DNA from: Trichodelitschia bisporula
Taxonomy: Eukaryota
Direction: 5' to 3'
NCBI GenBank assembly: GCA_010356995.1
Contig: ML996694.1
Coordinates: forward strand, 867,224 to 931,223
Length of the DNA: 64,000 nt
Part shown: positions 1 through 11,578 of the stretch, piece by piece
Numbering within the stretch: position 1 is the stretch's first letter
Layout: each line of letters begins with the position of its first letter
The notes under the pieces: model-generated
The model's input: the letters and a program-made list of their open reading frames with translations, nothing else
Databases searched by the model: none
What the model was told of the DNA's origin: nothing
Position numbers and translations under genes: made by a program

Positions 1-948
1 AGATGGAGAAGGGGATGAACAGGAGCCAGAAACTGGGCGTGTGGAGCAAGATGTGCACGGAGTCCTTCAGCGACGTTTGCGGTATGGAGCTAGAGGGGCT
101 TGCCGGCGTCGGGGGGCGCGCGGGAATAAAGATGGAGGGAATTGCAGCGAGCGACGAGATAATCGCCGTGTACAGCACCATATTCGGCACCTCGCTCGGC
201 TTGGTCGCCCACATCGGCCCGATCAACTGCCCCAGCGCACCACCGAACGGATTCGCAAGACTCGCCACCGCCGTTGCGCTCACGCGCCCCTTTTCGCTGA
301 ACCAGAGATCGGAGTAGCGCGTTGGGGCTGCGAGGACGAAGGGCTGTGCGAGCCCGACGAGGATTTGTCCGAACATGACGAGGCTGAAGTGGTTGGTGCG
401 CGCGCCGGCGTAGCGCAGCCAGTTGGAGAGCAGGACCAGGGCGCTGGCGGCGAGGATGGCGGGGCGCGGGCCGAGGTGCAGGGTGTAGAGGGTTGCGCTG
501 GGGGGAGGGTTAGTTGGGGGATGTAAGGGTGGGGATATGGGTTAGGGATATGGGCGGGAGACGAACGGCGTGTTAGCCACGAAGGCGAAGAAGAAAGCCG
601 TGCTGAGCCAGTTTATCGCCGTTTCGGAGACGTGGAAGTAGTCGGCTGAGGTCTTCGATACGGCGGAGAAAGTGAGCCACTGCGTCGTCATTAGTATAGG
701 CCGAGCACAATACCATGTCCGCCCGAAAGGGTAATTGACGATGTGATACGTACGTCCCAGCTCACGATGATGTTCAGCAGCACGAGCTGCACGAGCCCGA
801 ACCATCGCCGCTTGTACAGTCTGTATTCAATGCGCCTCTCCCCCTCTGTATCCGCGATAAGCGGCTCCGCCGTCGAACTCGTCGGCACGTGGCCGAGATC
901 ATGGCTGTCTGTCCGGGGCGTCTTGGGCGCCGCGGTGGAGGGCGACAT
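1..948 (-). CDS. MFS transporter, FLVCR-like; 3' part runs off the window
   Basis: ATG at 948 (MSPSTAAPK). Motif YRLYKRRWFGLVQLVLLNIIVSWD, then intron 753-680 (GTACGT..CTAAT..CAG), then WLTFSAVS..INWLS. Second intron ~567-498. Downstream hydrophobic helices, AQPFVLAAP and ANPFG motifs. Confidence 0.85.
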
Positions 949-1302
949 GTTGCGTCCACGCCAGATGGCGCTCAACAGACACCGATAGAATAAAAATATG
1001 GAGCAAATCAACCACCCATCGATTGTAATGAGCGGAATGATAAACTGATAAACCCCCAGCGGAGGCAGCACCGCCCCTACAACACCGCCCCCAATGTCGT
1101 CGGTCGCGGACCTCAAAGTAGCTAGCCTCCGCTGCTCCGTTCCGCTCCGCTGGTTCGCCTCATCAGGCTTGGCGTTCCGCCCCGCGGCGCGTCCCGATGA
1201 CGTGCCCGAGCCGTGCCGATGCCGATTGCCTGAGCCGAAGACATCATCCGTATCACGACCCCACCACAGCTACCCCTCCATACTGAAAGCAAAGCTCATC
1301 GT

Positions 1303-2273
1303 ATGCCACCCCTTTCACGACTCAGCCGCTTAACCGCCCTCTCGCCTATCTCCCACCCGCGTCTCCCCCTCCGCTCCTTCACCCCGCATCCCCAGCGCAA
1401 CATGTCAACCGCGCAACTCGAAGCTCTGTCCGCCTACACGGCGTGCGACGTACGGACATCCCTCCCCTGTCCTTTAAAACTTTACGATCCCGTGTCCGAC
1501 TCTCTAACCCACCCCCAGATCTCCGACGCCCTCCTAAAACTCTCCGTCCCCGGCGCCGGCTTCCTCCCCAACATCCTCCCCCTCCCCCAAACCACCACCC
1601 CTCACCAACCCGCCAAATACATAGCCCCCGCCTCCACAGTACTCTTCCTCCCGCACAGCACGCCCTCCTTCCCAAACCCCCCTCCCCCGCTAGACACGCT
1701 AACCACCGCCCTAACAACACCCCTGCCAAATATACCCCCGGGCGTGCCGTACGCCGACCTCGCCGTCCCCGGCACCATTATGCTGCTCAGTCAACCGGCC
1801 GATCAACACTGTGCGGTTCTAGGGGGGATAATGGCGGCGCGGATAGCAGCGCGGGGAGTAAGGGGTGTGTTGGTGGATGGGCGGGTAAGGGATTTGGGCG
1901 AGATACGCGGGACGGGAATACCCGTCTGGAGCAAAGGAGTAAGTACCGTGGGCGCCGGGGCGCAGACGAAGGCGTGGGCGGTGGGGTGTGAGGTGCAGGT
2001 GGGCGAGACGGTGGTGCGGACCGTGAGTATTTCCCTGGCCCGTCCCCAATCTAAGAGCAGAGGATGGGTGAGCCGAGCGGCGGCGGCTAACGCAGCCAGG
2101 GCGACATAATCATGATCGACCCCTCATCCCACGCCGCAGTGTCCATCCCCGCGGAGCTCCTCCAGCGCGTGCTGGACATGCTCCCGCGCCTGACGGCAGC
2201 GGACGAGAATGTGCTCCGCGAAGTCAAGGAAGGGCTCGATGTGGCGGGGGCGTTTAAGCGGTGGCGGAGCTAG
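1303..2273 (+). CDS. RraA-like / 4-hydroxy-4-methyl-2-oxoglutarate aldolase family protein
   Basis: Motifs ACDISDAL, AVLGGIMA, GVLVDGRVRD and VVRTGDII. Introns 1450-1518 and 2023-2099; stop TAG 2271-2273. In-frame ATGs at 1303 and 1402. Confidence 0.85.
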
Positions 2274-2480
2274 TGGGCCTCATATCACGATCCAAGCATC
2301 ACGTTGCGAGAACACAGACCGTTATGAAACCAGACTTTTCTTCGCAAACTAAACACAGCGGTAGTCAGGAATGAGCCATAAAAGTCAGAGAGAAAGAGTA
2401 ACAAAAAAGCATGTAAAGACACTCGTCGCACACATCCTTCATAACAATTTGCCCCAATAGCGTCATGGTTTCATCACCAC

Positions 2481-3834
2481 TTACTCTTCCTCCCCCTCCT
2501 CCTCCTCCTCCTCATCGCTATCCTCTTCGTCCTCGCTCTCCGCCTTCTCCAGCCACTCGATGAAGGTGCGCGACGCAAGGCGAACCTTCTTGCTCGTGGC
2601 CAGGTCGACATAGCGCTTGCTCGCCTTCTTACCCCAAGCCAACGCCACCTCCTCACTAATGAGGTCGGCATGGTAGAGCTGGAGCAAAATGGCCGACATC
2701 TGGCTGATGAGCTCAGGATGCTCCTTGCCAACGAAGCGCTCGGTGCCACCAAGCAGTGCCTTCTCGTGCTTCTCCGACGTCACCATGCGGCGGAGCACAG
2801 CGACGCGGGTGGGGATCTCCTTGACAATCTTGTCGGTGAACAGCGTCTGCGCCAGCACCGTGAGCGTCTTGGACTTGGCTTCGATGCCCAGTTCCTTGGC
2901 CTTGAGGTAGATGGCTACGTTGTCCACCTTGTCGACACCACCCGCCTTTTCAGCCTCTTCGGTGATCCAATTACCAAACGTCTCGTACACGTTGCCCGCC
3001 TCGTCGACGTCTTCTTCGTCAAGCACGAGCGCGCGCTTCATGTCGGTCGGCAGCTCCTTAGCACGCGCGCGGACAGCCGCCTCGCTGGTGTCGACGGACC
3101 ACTTGATGTCCGCGTGCTCGGCATCATCAATAGCTTTGGCGTCGGCGTTGATGCGACGCGTGAGCTCGTCGTCGCTGCCAGCGTACTGCTCGACGTCACC
3201 ATTCTCCTCGGCCCCGTCCGAGTTGCTGTCGGCGGGACTCTTGCCGTTGACGGAGCCTTCGTCATCATCGCCGTTGGTCGCATCCTTCTTGCCCTTACGC
3301 TCCGCCTTCTTAGACGCCTTGTCCTTCTTGCCCTTCTTCGGCTGGTTCTTGAGAATGAAGGAACTCAGCTTGAGGCGGACATCGACATTGGAGCGCTGAC
3401 CACAGGCCTTGCAGTCAAGAGTGATGGTGCCGTCCTTGATGTGCACATCCGTCTCGGGGTTCTTGCACTTTTTGCAGAGAACGAAGCGAGAGATGAAGCC
3501 ATCAAGGTAGTCTTGAAGCTTAGAGGCCTCGTGTGCGCCGTTGATGATCCAGCGGTCGTCAGTGGGGTTGATGTTTGTCTGGGCGCCCAGCTCGAAGCCG
3601 AAGTACTTGATGACATCTGAGAGGTGAGTGTCAGTGATGTGTGGGGCAAGGACCAACTTGGAAGTGCAGAAACTTACAGGCTGGCGGACGAGCGAGCGAC
3701 TGGGCCACGCTGCTCAGGTTGACAATGACGGTCTTGATGCCGTTGCCCTTGCCCTCGATCTTGGACTGCAGGCGCTCCATCTTGTAGCGGTAGTAGGGAT
3801 CGGTGACATCCCGGCGGATGTTGATGTTCGCCAT
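2481..3834 (-). CDS. TIF5: Eukaryotic translation initiation factor 5
   Basis: MANINIRRDVTDPYYRYKM..EGKGNGIKT start, zinc-finger CKKCKNPET..CKACG, and W2 domain with acidic tail. Intron 3677-3617 (GTAAGT..CTGAC..CAG). Confidence 0.97.
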
Positions 3835-4991
3835 TTTGTTTGAAGAGGCAACGTTGGGTTTAGCGCAAAAGGCTGTAGTGGATGAAGAGACTGTAGTGTA
3901 TCCCAGCAGGAGAAGACATGCAGTTTGAAAAGGCAGGCAAGTTTGAGCTGAGGTTGCTCGGTTGAAGCAATCAGAGGGCGGGGTGGTGATTAGCCGTTCG
4001 TACAGTGGTAGTCGGTGGTAGGCCTTCTAAGCATGCGAGAAGGTTGCAGCTTGGGCGGCGGGGTGAGACGGAAACCGTGGACGTGGCGCGAATACATATA
4101 CAGATGCGTAATCTGCTTCTTTGCGGAAAGCTGTGTGTTGTGGTTGATGGGAGGAGGAAGTTGGAGGAAGGAGTTTAATCCCAAGTGGGGGGAGCCTTCA
4201 GCAAGCTAGAGCGTACTCTGAAGGTGAACGTGGCTAGAAGCTTCTGTCTTTGCAGTGCCCAAAGGTTTTGTCGCTGTTGGAAGCAAAATCGGGATGAAGA
4301 CAGACGGGACGGAGGCGCAGGTGGTTGTGAAGCCAAAGGCGCTGGATGTGTGAGAGAAGAGGAGTTGGGTTGAGAGGAGAAGAAAAGAAAAGAAGAAAGC
4401 GAATGGACCGAAGGGACTTTTAGTGCCGATGCCTTAGGCTGAAGTGGGCTCGCGGCCTGGTCTGGCCGGACTTTTCGTTGTTCGGTGCAAGTTCAAGGGA
4501 GTCTGGATAGAGAAAGCCTTGGTGCCTGGATCCTGGATTCGCTGATTGTGCCACTGTTTGTAGAGCTTTGATGCGGTAAACTTGGGAGAAATAGACGTGT
4601 GTGGAGTTGGAGAACCACCGATCGGTAGAGGGAGAAGCGCACGCTGTCTACATTTACATGACTACTCTGTTGCAAAGTGCGGCGTGTGAATGCCTTGGTG
4701 CCTGCATACAGGTGCCTGCGTCTTGGTTTGCTGATTGTCCCACAACTTCAGACGGCAAAGACTTTTGTTCCGCTGCGGGAGAAGTTGTTTGTTGCTCCTC
4801 ATTTGGCGTCGTGATAGCTGCGTTTGTCTGGTATCTGATAGATACTTCTTCAACCCTCATCTTTGCTCGACAGCATGGATTGGTCGTGGACGAGAGTGTA
4901 TAGTTTTGTACGCGCAGAAGCTCGCTTTGTTTGCCGTCCCTTATGCCACCACTCTCCTCTTAACCCAGACCAGTCACCCAATCGTCTCCCT

Positions 4992-5101
4992 CACACCCAC
5001 CACACCCACCACACCCGCCACACCCACCACGCCTACCACACCCACCACGTCCACCACACCCACCACGTCCACCACACCCACCACGTCCACCACACCCACC
5101 C
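4992..5101. repeat. (CACACCCAC/CACGTCCAC)n 9/18-bp minisatellite
   Basis: Tandem 9-mers visible directly in the sequence. Confidence 0.9.
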
Positions 5102-5123
5102 CACTCTTGAAACAAAAGCCCTG

Positions 5124-5210
5124 CAAGTGCCAAGCGTGAACCCAGTCTTAGCCCCAGCGCCACAAGTGCCAAGCGTGAACCCAGTCTTAGCCCCCAGCGC
5201 CACAAGTGCC
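5124..5210. repeat. ~39-bp tandem duplication
   Basis: CAAGTGCCAAGCGTGAACCCAGTCTTAGCCCC(C)AGCGCCA twice, plus the start of a third copy. Confidence 0.9.
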
Positions 5211-5344
5211 TCGCCGAACGCCGCCAATTGCGCAAACCCCCGGCCCGACGCGCGCTCTTGTCCCGATGCATCTCCGATTCGGCGCCACTAACGAACTTCG
5301 CCTAAGAACTGGCAAACCATCCATCTACTATCACATCCACTATC

Positions 5345-5521
5345 AGAACCATCATCAACATCATCAACATCATCATTAACATCATCAACATCATCAACAT
5401 CATCAACATCATCATCAACATCATCAACATCATCATCAACATCATCAACATCATCAACATCATCAACATCATCAACATCATCAACATCATCAACATCATC
5501 ATCAACAGCATCAACATAATC
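5345..5521. repeat. (CAT/CAA)n compound microsatellite abutting the THI6 ATG
   Basis: ~175 bp of CATCAACAT units ending at the ATG at 5522. Confidence 0.95.
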
Positions 5522-7484
5522 ATGAAGCCCAAGCCAGACTACACTCTGTACCTGGTGACGGACTCGACACCCGCCATCCTCGGCGACCGCAACTTGAAAA
5601 CCATCGTCGCCGAGGCCATGTTTGGAGGTGTGCGCTTCGACTTTTGCTATGTCCGGTGTTGATGCATCCAGGCGTGTCCATCGTGCAATACCGCGACAAG
5701 ACTAGCGATACGGGAGCCTTGATCCGCACAGCTCGTGAGCTGCACGCCATTACCAAGTCGAAGGGCGTGCCACTGCTCATCAACGACCGCGTCGATGTTG
5801 CTCTAGCTATGGGCGCCGAAGGCGTGCACATCGGACAGGATGATATGGGTAGGTCGAGCTTCGTATATATCGTCGTTAGTGAGAATCGTTCTCGTTTCTC
5901 CCTTGGACTGTTAGGCATTCAATTCATTCAATTTAGCCTCGCTTTTCAAGTTTTCTGATTTGTGCCTTCACTTCGTGCCTCGTGCCTTCTCTCTGTACTC
6001 GTACTTCAACACCTTGTCTGTGTGCTTCGTGGCTGCTCAATGTGCTTCGCACTTCCCTCGTCTGTTCCGTGCGTTCCCTACGTACGTCATACATCTTCTG
6101 CCGTGCTTAATGCCTTCTCTACGTGCTTCATGCCTACTTCTCTTCTTCCCTCAAAAAATCTTATCTGACAACCAGACAGACCTCCCCACCGCACGCCGCC
6201 TCCTCGGCCCTGACGCTATTATCGGCGTATCCGCCTCTACAGTCGCCGAAGCGTTGACAGCCGCCGAGCAGGGCGCCGACTATCTCGGCATCGGGACGGT
6301 TTACGCGACAGCGACGTGCTATCCCTCACCCCATCCACGACGTACCCCCAGCTGACTTCCCCAGAAAAACCAACACCAAAACTCCCCTCCGCCCTTCTGG
6401 TGTACGAGCCATCCTCTCCGCTCTCTCCGCCGCCCACCCGTCCCTTCCCACCGTGCTCATCGGCGGTCTCAACGAAGCCAATATCCCCCGCACGCTGTAC
6501 CAGTCCTCCCTCCCCACCCACTCCCCCAGCGGCATCGCCCTCGTCAGTGCTATCCTCACCTCCTCAACACCCTATGCCACCGCCTCCGCCCTGCGCACCG
6601 CAATAACAACCCCATTTCCCCTAGCTCTCTCACAAACCGACAAACCCCTCGGCTACTCCTACGACCATGAGATCGTCACCCTCTTCGGAACCCTACAGCA
6701 GAACAGCCCCTTCCTCCATATCCTAACCAACACCGTTGCCAGCCCCCTCAGCGCCTCTGTAGCCCTCGCCCTCGGCGCCTCCCCCATCATGTCCCAGCAC
6801 GAGGCCGAATCCGCCCCCCTTGCCGCCGCCGGCGCAACCTTGCTCCTCAACATCGGCACCCTGACCCCCGCTACCCTACCCGCCTACCTGACAGCCGCAG
6901 CAACCTACACCTCCGCCAACAGGCGTATGGTTCTCGACCCCGTCGGCCTCGGCGCGACCCCTGCCCGCGCCGCCGCCGTAGCCGCCATCCTGGCCGCCGG
7001 TTATCCAAGCGTGATCAAGGGCAACGAAGCTGAAATCGCCTTCCTTGCCGGCGCTCCCTCGGCCCAGCGTGGCGTCGACGCCGGCACCTCAGAGCGAAGT
7101 CTGTCCGAAAAAGCTCGCATTGCGGCAAAGGTCGCCGACGAGCAGCGCTGCGTCGTGGTCATGACTGGGCCCGACGACGTGATCACCGACGGGACGCGCT
7201 CCGTGGCCTTGCGCGCCGGTCACGCCATGCTGGGCCGGATAACGGGGAGTGGGTGCGCTCTGGGGGTGGCGGTGGCGGCGTTCCTGGCCGTGAGCGAGGA
7301 CCCGTTTCTCGCGGCGATAGCGGCGTGCCTAGTGCTCGAGGGGGCGGCGGAGTTGGCGATGACTGCAAATCATGTGTCTGGGCCGGGCACATTTGTGCCG
7401 GAGTGGATCGATTGCTTGGGTCGGGTTATCATGCAGTGGGATATGTCGGGGCGGATAGATGACATTGATCTTGAGGGACTGTGA
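5522..7484 (+). CDS. THI6: Bifunctional thiamine-phosphate synthase / hydroxyethylthiazole kinase
   Basis: ThiE motifs [34 protein letters not shown] and GADYLGIG. ThiM motifs [14 protein letters not shown] and ITGSGC. Introns 5628-5671, 5849-6179 and 6316-6364. Confidence 0.95.
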
Positions 7485-7530
7485 TGGGGATGTCTTTTTT
7501 TTTTTGGTTAGGATGAGCTACATTTAGCTA

Positions 7531-8736
7531 TTATCGTTTATACACGCCGAACGCCCATGCGGCCCGCAACACGGCCAGCCCCCACGCCATGGCGATACTG
7601 TCCTTGATGACGCTGAGCTTGCTCCCACCCACCTCCTTCCACGCCACCGGCACCTCGGCCATAGGGATGCCGGCCGCCTCGGCCAGCATCAGCAGCTCGA
7701 TGTCGAAGATCCAGCCCTCGCTGTGCATGTGCGGGACGATGTGCGGCAGCGCTGCGCGCGAGAGGAGCTTGAACCCGCACTGCGTGTCGCGGATGGCGGA
7801 TGTGGCGGCGGGGGTCATGAGGCGGATGAGCAGGTGGAAGCAGTGCATGAGGAAGTTGCGGAGGAGGGAGCGCTGCGAGTGTTAGCCTTTTCGGGCAGAA
7901 TTTATGAGAGTGAATGAGTACCTTAACCACCGCCTCGCTCCCCACCAAATGCGCCCGGCTCCCCACTACCACCACCCGGTGCTGCGCATCACTCTTCTCG
8001 GCTCCCACTTTCACGAGCCCGGGCAAATCAGCGAAGCGCGTCGCGCCATCTGCGTCCGCGAAGAGCACCCACAAGCCGCGCACGTGCCGTAGGCCATGCA
8101 CCACCGCGCCGCCCTTGCCTCTATTCCTCTCCAACTCCACGACTCTAATCACACCATGCGGTATCCGCGTCCCCTTCCCCCCCTCCCTCCACGGCCCCGC
8201 CACGCCCACCGGCTCGGGCCGCGCATGCGCAACCGCAAACTCAAGCGCCGTTCTAACCGTCGCGTCGGACGATCCGTCGGACACGACTATGATCTCCCAT
8301 TCAAGGCCCAGCGGGGTGTAGACGGACTGCAGGACTTCGATGGCTTCTTCGAGCATCCCTGGCAGCCGCGCGGCTTCGTTGTACGCGGGCACCACGACGC
8401 TGATGTAGACGGAGGAGGATGGAAGGGTGAAGGGATCGGAGGTGTAGGCGGAGGGGAGGGGGAGGGAGTCGCTGGGGGCGCCGGTGGGAGGGAGGTTCGT
8501 GCGGTAGGTATTTTCTCGAGCTGTCGGGGGGCGGGGGCGCGGGGCGACGAGGGTTAGGAGGGTGTAGGACTGTGATGGGGCTTAGTTGCTGTGCTCGGGT
8601 TGGGGCTGGTAGAGGAAAGACGCACCGAGAGCGCAACCGCGAGCACCAGCGCTGCCAATCCGGCGAGCAGCACCGGCAGCGGGATCTGGCGCAGTGTGTC
8701 CAGCGCGTCCGCGAGGACGGGTGCTAGAGCCGACAT
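7531..8736 (-). CDS. ALG5: Dolichyl-phosphate beta-glucosyltransferase
   Basis: N-terminal TM, VVVPAYNE, NRGKGGAV, FADADGAT, GSRAHL, DTQCGFKL and WIFDIELL. Introns 8625-8570 and 7921-7873. Confidence 0.95.
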
Positions 8737-9373
8737 GTTCAGCGTGGTGCGCGGATGGGACGCGGCATGTGCGTTGGCGGGTGAAGCGCGGAGCGGTGTC
8801 CGGGCGAAGCTACGGCGGGGAGCTACGGCGGGGAGCTACAGCGGAAAGACGCCCAAAAAGACAAAATAGCGGTGCAAATAGGACAAGATAGCGACGCGGT
8901 TAATGAGAGACGAGAAGACGAGGTGCTGGATGCGAGACCGGCGTGGTGGTGAGAAAGGCAACGTTTCCACTTCGCGACACGACTTGGTGTTGCGGTGGAG
9001 AGACATACCCCTGTCCGTCTCCGCGGCGGGTGGGCCTGGTGAGACAAGGCTGGGGCACATTTGGGGCTGCTTACGGATGTATTGGGGTTTAAAATGGTAT
9101 GAGATGCAGTTCGTGCTACGCTTTTTGAATTCATGGACTCTGTCTTTTTATTTGCTGGGAATATCTGCTGTTCCCGATTCCTCAAGCCGCACTAGAGCAA
9201 CATAGTGCCCGCGTTGCTAACCTTATCCATCGTCGGCCGTCAAGATACGCCAGTCCATCGCCTCTATCCCGACGCCAGACTCCTCCCCAGCCGTCCGTCG
9301 ACGCCATTAGCCAAGCTACGATATGTACATTTGACATTAAAATCCCCATTCCTTCCTTTTTCCATGTGCTCTC

Positions 9374-10978
9374 TCACAAGAACTTCCCATTTCCCTCCAC
9401 ACTACCTCGCTTCAGCTCTAACCGCGGTGGTCGCACAGGACTCCCCCGATTCGGTGTCTCCGGTGGTGACGGCCGGAACGCCGATCGCCCATCTGTCACC
9501 CGCGTGATACCCGTGACGCCCGAGTATGCCGACACGGGCGAGCTAGGTTCGGGCACGTTCGCTACGCGAGTTGATCTTGGTGAGTTGTACCCTGCATTCC
9601 TCGTGCGAAGTGACACAGGTGAGCTAGGCTCGGCATCCCCTCTGCGAAGTGACACAGGTGAGCTGAGCTCGGCAGTCACTCTGCGACTTGAAATAATCGG
9701 CGTGGTCGGTGTGGTCGGTGTGGTCGGCGTAGTCGGCGTATTGGGCCGCCTGGGATTCTTCGGGGGCGGCGGCGGCGGGGCATCGGCGTCGGGTATCGCC
9801 TCCGGGAACGTGTTGTGTGATGTGTCTGCTCTCAATCAGTACGACTCGTTGCTTTTCCGTCCACTCGACTCACTTGATCCCGCATACAGCCCCAACTCGC
9901 TCGTTAACCGTCCGGCCATGTGGTCCTTGCGCTGCTTGATAGCGGTCGTGAAGCGCGGATTCGACGCGTCGATGACGGCCCGCGCGGGGAAAGCGGGGAG
10001 TTTGGGCTGCGGTGACTGAGCTGCCGGTGGAGAGGGTGTGCTACGGCTTCCCGTGCTGGGAGCCTTGCCCGTGGAGGCGGTGCTGATGAAGGACGCGCGC
10101 ATGGATCTCACGCCGCTGACCACGTTTTTCACCGACGGCGTATGGTGATCGTGTATGGGGCGGGCGATATGTTCAGCAGGAGGCAGCTCCGGCGGGGTGG
10201 GTCCGTCTGACATGCCGTAGAAGAGAATGGATGACCCGACGGAGTGGTGCGAGTTAGAGCGGGTGTGCGAGAAGATGGAGTGCTCAAAGCTCGGCAGCGG
10301 TTCGGAGAGGAGTAGAGGCGATGGCGGAACCTCCATGTCCATATTTACCGTCTTGTTGTGATTAATCCGGCCGCTCAGCTCGGCCTGGCTTGGTAGTAGC
10401 CGTCCCGTCAGCGCAGGCGATGGCGGACTTCGCCTCGCTTCGCCGGGCAGGAGGCGCTCGTTGCTCACGCCCGCCCCGTACATGTCCATGTCGGACGAGG
10501 GGGCCTTGCCGAACCGGCTGAGGCTGAGAACGCTGCTAGTCGCCGTTTCGCGGTGGAGGTCGTTCATGGAGCCGCGCGGCGTGGGGTTCCTTGAATTGGC
10601 TCTCGAGGTAGGAGTGGATTGCACGACGCCGCCGTAGAAGCCAGCCTCAATGGCCCGGATGCCGAACAGGTTGGCTTCGTTTTTTTCGCGCGTCGCGCTG
10701 TCGGCTGTGCTGTTCCCACTGTCCACTCCCGTGCCCACTTGGGCTTCGAGCTCCATCTTCTTTACATGCTTCTTGAGTCTATATGGTCAGCGCCCGTCGG
10801 TGGATGCAACGTCTACTCACTTTCGCTTGTCGAGAAACACTTTCACGAACCCCCCCAGCATTATCAGCCCCAGTAGAGAGCCGAATATTATCCTGTACTG
10901 TCAGCGACGCTCAGTCCGGTGGAACCACCGCACTCACGCATACTTGAGGGCCAGATCAAGCGATCCAAAATAGCCCAT
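9374..10978 (-). CDS. Hypothetical protein with N-terminal TM segment and Ser/Pro-rich tail
   Basis: ATG at 10978 (MGYFGSLDLALKYA). Three GTGAGT..CTGAY..YAG introns (10937-10893, 10820-10779, 9873-9826) join the ORFs in frame. Contains NLFGIRAIEAGFYGGVVQS and C-terminal EPSSPVSLR repeats. Confidence 0.8.
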
Positions 10979-11546
10979 TGCGAAGAACCAAAAGAGTGAC
11001 GATTACAAAGTGGACAACCAGCGCCGAAGCGCCGCTGGCATCCTACCGGTTGGGGGTAGTTGAGGGTCGGGAAGCTCGCCACCCAAGAAGCAGGCGCGCG
11101 CTGATATTAAAGCTGAGAGTCGCTGTAGGCCGGGATGACTGATCACGCTACGTCGGTGCGATTAATATCGGCGATACCTTGCTCTTCGGGTCCGGAAACC
11201 ACACCGGGCACCAAAAAATGAGCGACTTGATCAACTAAACGAGCGACTGTAACGGCCAAAAGTGAGACTTTACAGAGCATAACGCGTGAGGAGCGCGGAG
11301 CCGGAGTATACGTAGTGCAGTAAGACGCGCAGAGCCACCACAACAGCCTCGTCCTGTGTGGGGCATGCTGATCCTGACTCCGGCAGCCGGCTGAGGTGGG
11401 CTGGATGAAGTCCGGTGGGAAGCCCGCGGACCACCCGGCAACAGTCTGCAGGTCGCTGTAAGCGGCTCCCCAGCATATTCACGGTTAATATCCACCACAT
11501 GCTAGCAGAGTTTTGCCCGCGCAGCAAAGCGGCCAAGCCCTCGCGC

Positions 11547-11577
<31 letters not shown>
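11547..11577. repeat. (GCG)n microsatellite
   Basis: About ten tandem GCG units. Confidence 0.9.

Positions 11578-11578
<1 letters not shown>

Noticed and set aside
2670..3620. Long antisense ORFs over eIF5 (also over THI6, CA and the 24-28 kb gene)
   Set aside because: Shadow frames expected from GC-rich codon bias.
5302..5532. Poly-Met/Leu ORF
   Set aside because: It is simply the antisense translation of the CAT/CAA microsatellite.
5849..6179. TPP riboswitch in the THI6 intron
   Set aside because: No CUGAGA or CUUGAU..GAUAAU..CAGCG aptamer motifs; only a lone TGAGA.
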